Assembly (NCBI GenBank): GCA_024137785.1
Contig: JAHRHZ010000092.1
Location: 625,770-689,769 of the forward strand
From: Ginglymostoma cirratum
Taxonomy: Eukaryota
Direction: 5' to 3'
Length of the DNA stretch: 64,000 nt
Below are positions 63,222-64,000 of the stretch, piece after piece. A model generated the notes under the pieces. The model saw only the letters and a program-made list of their open reading frames with translations. It was not told where the DNA came from and made no database searches. A program made the translations under genes and the position numbers. Position 1 is the stretch's first letter; every line of letters begins with the position of its first letter.

Positions 63222-64000
63222 CACAGTGTGAGACCCTTTTCAGAAAACATCACAAGACAAAGTGTTTTTTTAAACCAGTCTTGCAATTGGCCACTGTTGA
63301 CTTGGATGATTGTTTATTTCATCTCATTAATTTTAATCCAATGCCACATTAAAAAGGTAATAATTATAAAGCAGAAAAGGAGACCTATAAGTCAATAAAA
63401 CTTCTAAAGACACAATCAACTAATTTCACTCACCTCTCTTCTTTCTGCATAGCCTTGTAAATATTTTTCAATAAATCATTTTTATATCCAGTTTCCATTA
63501 AGCAAGCTTCCACCACAACACATTCCATATCAATTCAATGTCCTCCATGAGAAATGACTCTGCTAGGTCTTTTACCAATTAGCGCAAAATCAGTATCATT
63601 GGTCACCGGCCATTCTGCCACAGTAAGCTTTCTGATTGTTTACGCAAGATCTTAATTAGTTTTGAAAATGTTGATTAAACCCCCAGTTGTCCCTTACTGA
63701 TCTGTAGAGAATTATAGCAAATTTCAGGTCCACACAGTTGTCTCATGTCTGGTACCATTTTAGTAAATCATTACTGTTCCATATCCAAGGCTTGAAAAAC
63801 AATCTAATGCATTTTGTTCAAAAGTGAACACATTTCATCAGCTGTGACCCAACCACTGATTCCTAAAAGTTGATCAAAATTTATTTTCTTAACTCATCTT
63901 AAATCCTCAATGAGTGACTTTCTGCACCCTCAATTCTTCCTTCCAAATATTTTGAGTATTTACTAACATCATTGTCCCTCCATCCCAGTCCCACGTTCTC

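Noticed and set aside
63250-64000. TRB D segment (12/23 RSS-flanked)
   Set aside because: No paired RSSs around a short G-rich core were found. D probably lies beyond the window.

Overview
Eukaryotic, repeat-rich DNA from a cartilaginous fish, most likely a shark. This is inferred from HE1-type V-SINEs, elasmobranch-style CR1 LINEs and a shark-like TCR-beta constant region. The window holds the 3' end of a T-cell receptor beta (TRB) locus on the minus strand: three J segments (63172-63221, 62189-62241, 61093-61140) and a complete four-exon TRBC gene (54561 down to 50467). About 36-39 kb beyond C, on the opposite (+) strand, lie two intact leader+V genes with 23-bp-spacer RSSs (11718-12414, 13604-14285). 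In this orientation they could join the TRB (D)J only by inversion. Both V domains are atypical for TRBV: long CDR1, short FR2/CDR2 and a shared extra Cys-x2-Tyr-x2-Cys motif. Between them is an orphan V-end with a perfect heptamer pointing the other way, a possible C-deleting signal. Only one of the three visible J segments looks fully functional: one has a CR1 LINE inside its RSS spacer and one has a stop in FGXG. ETS/RUNX/GATA/E-box clusters 3' of C are candidate enhancers. The rest is CR1 and other LINEs, SINEs, Penelope-like hairpin elements with minimal hammerhead ribozyme motifs, a solo LTR, a two-LTR element, a Harbinger-type transposase relic and one 400-N gap. All calls were made by eye, and repeat boundaries are approximate unless stated.
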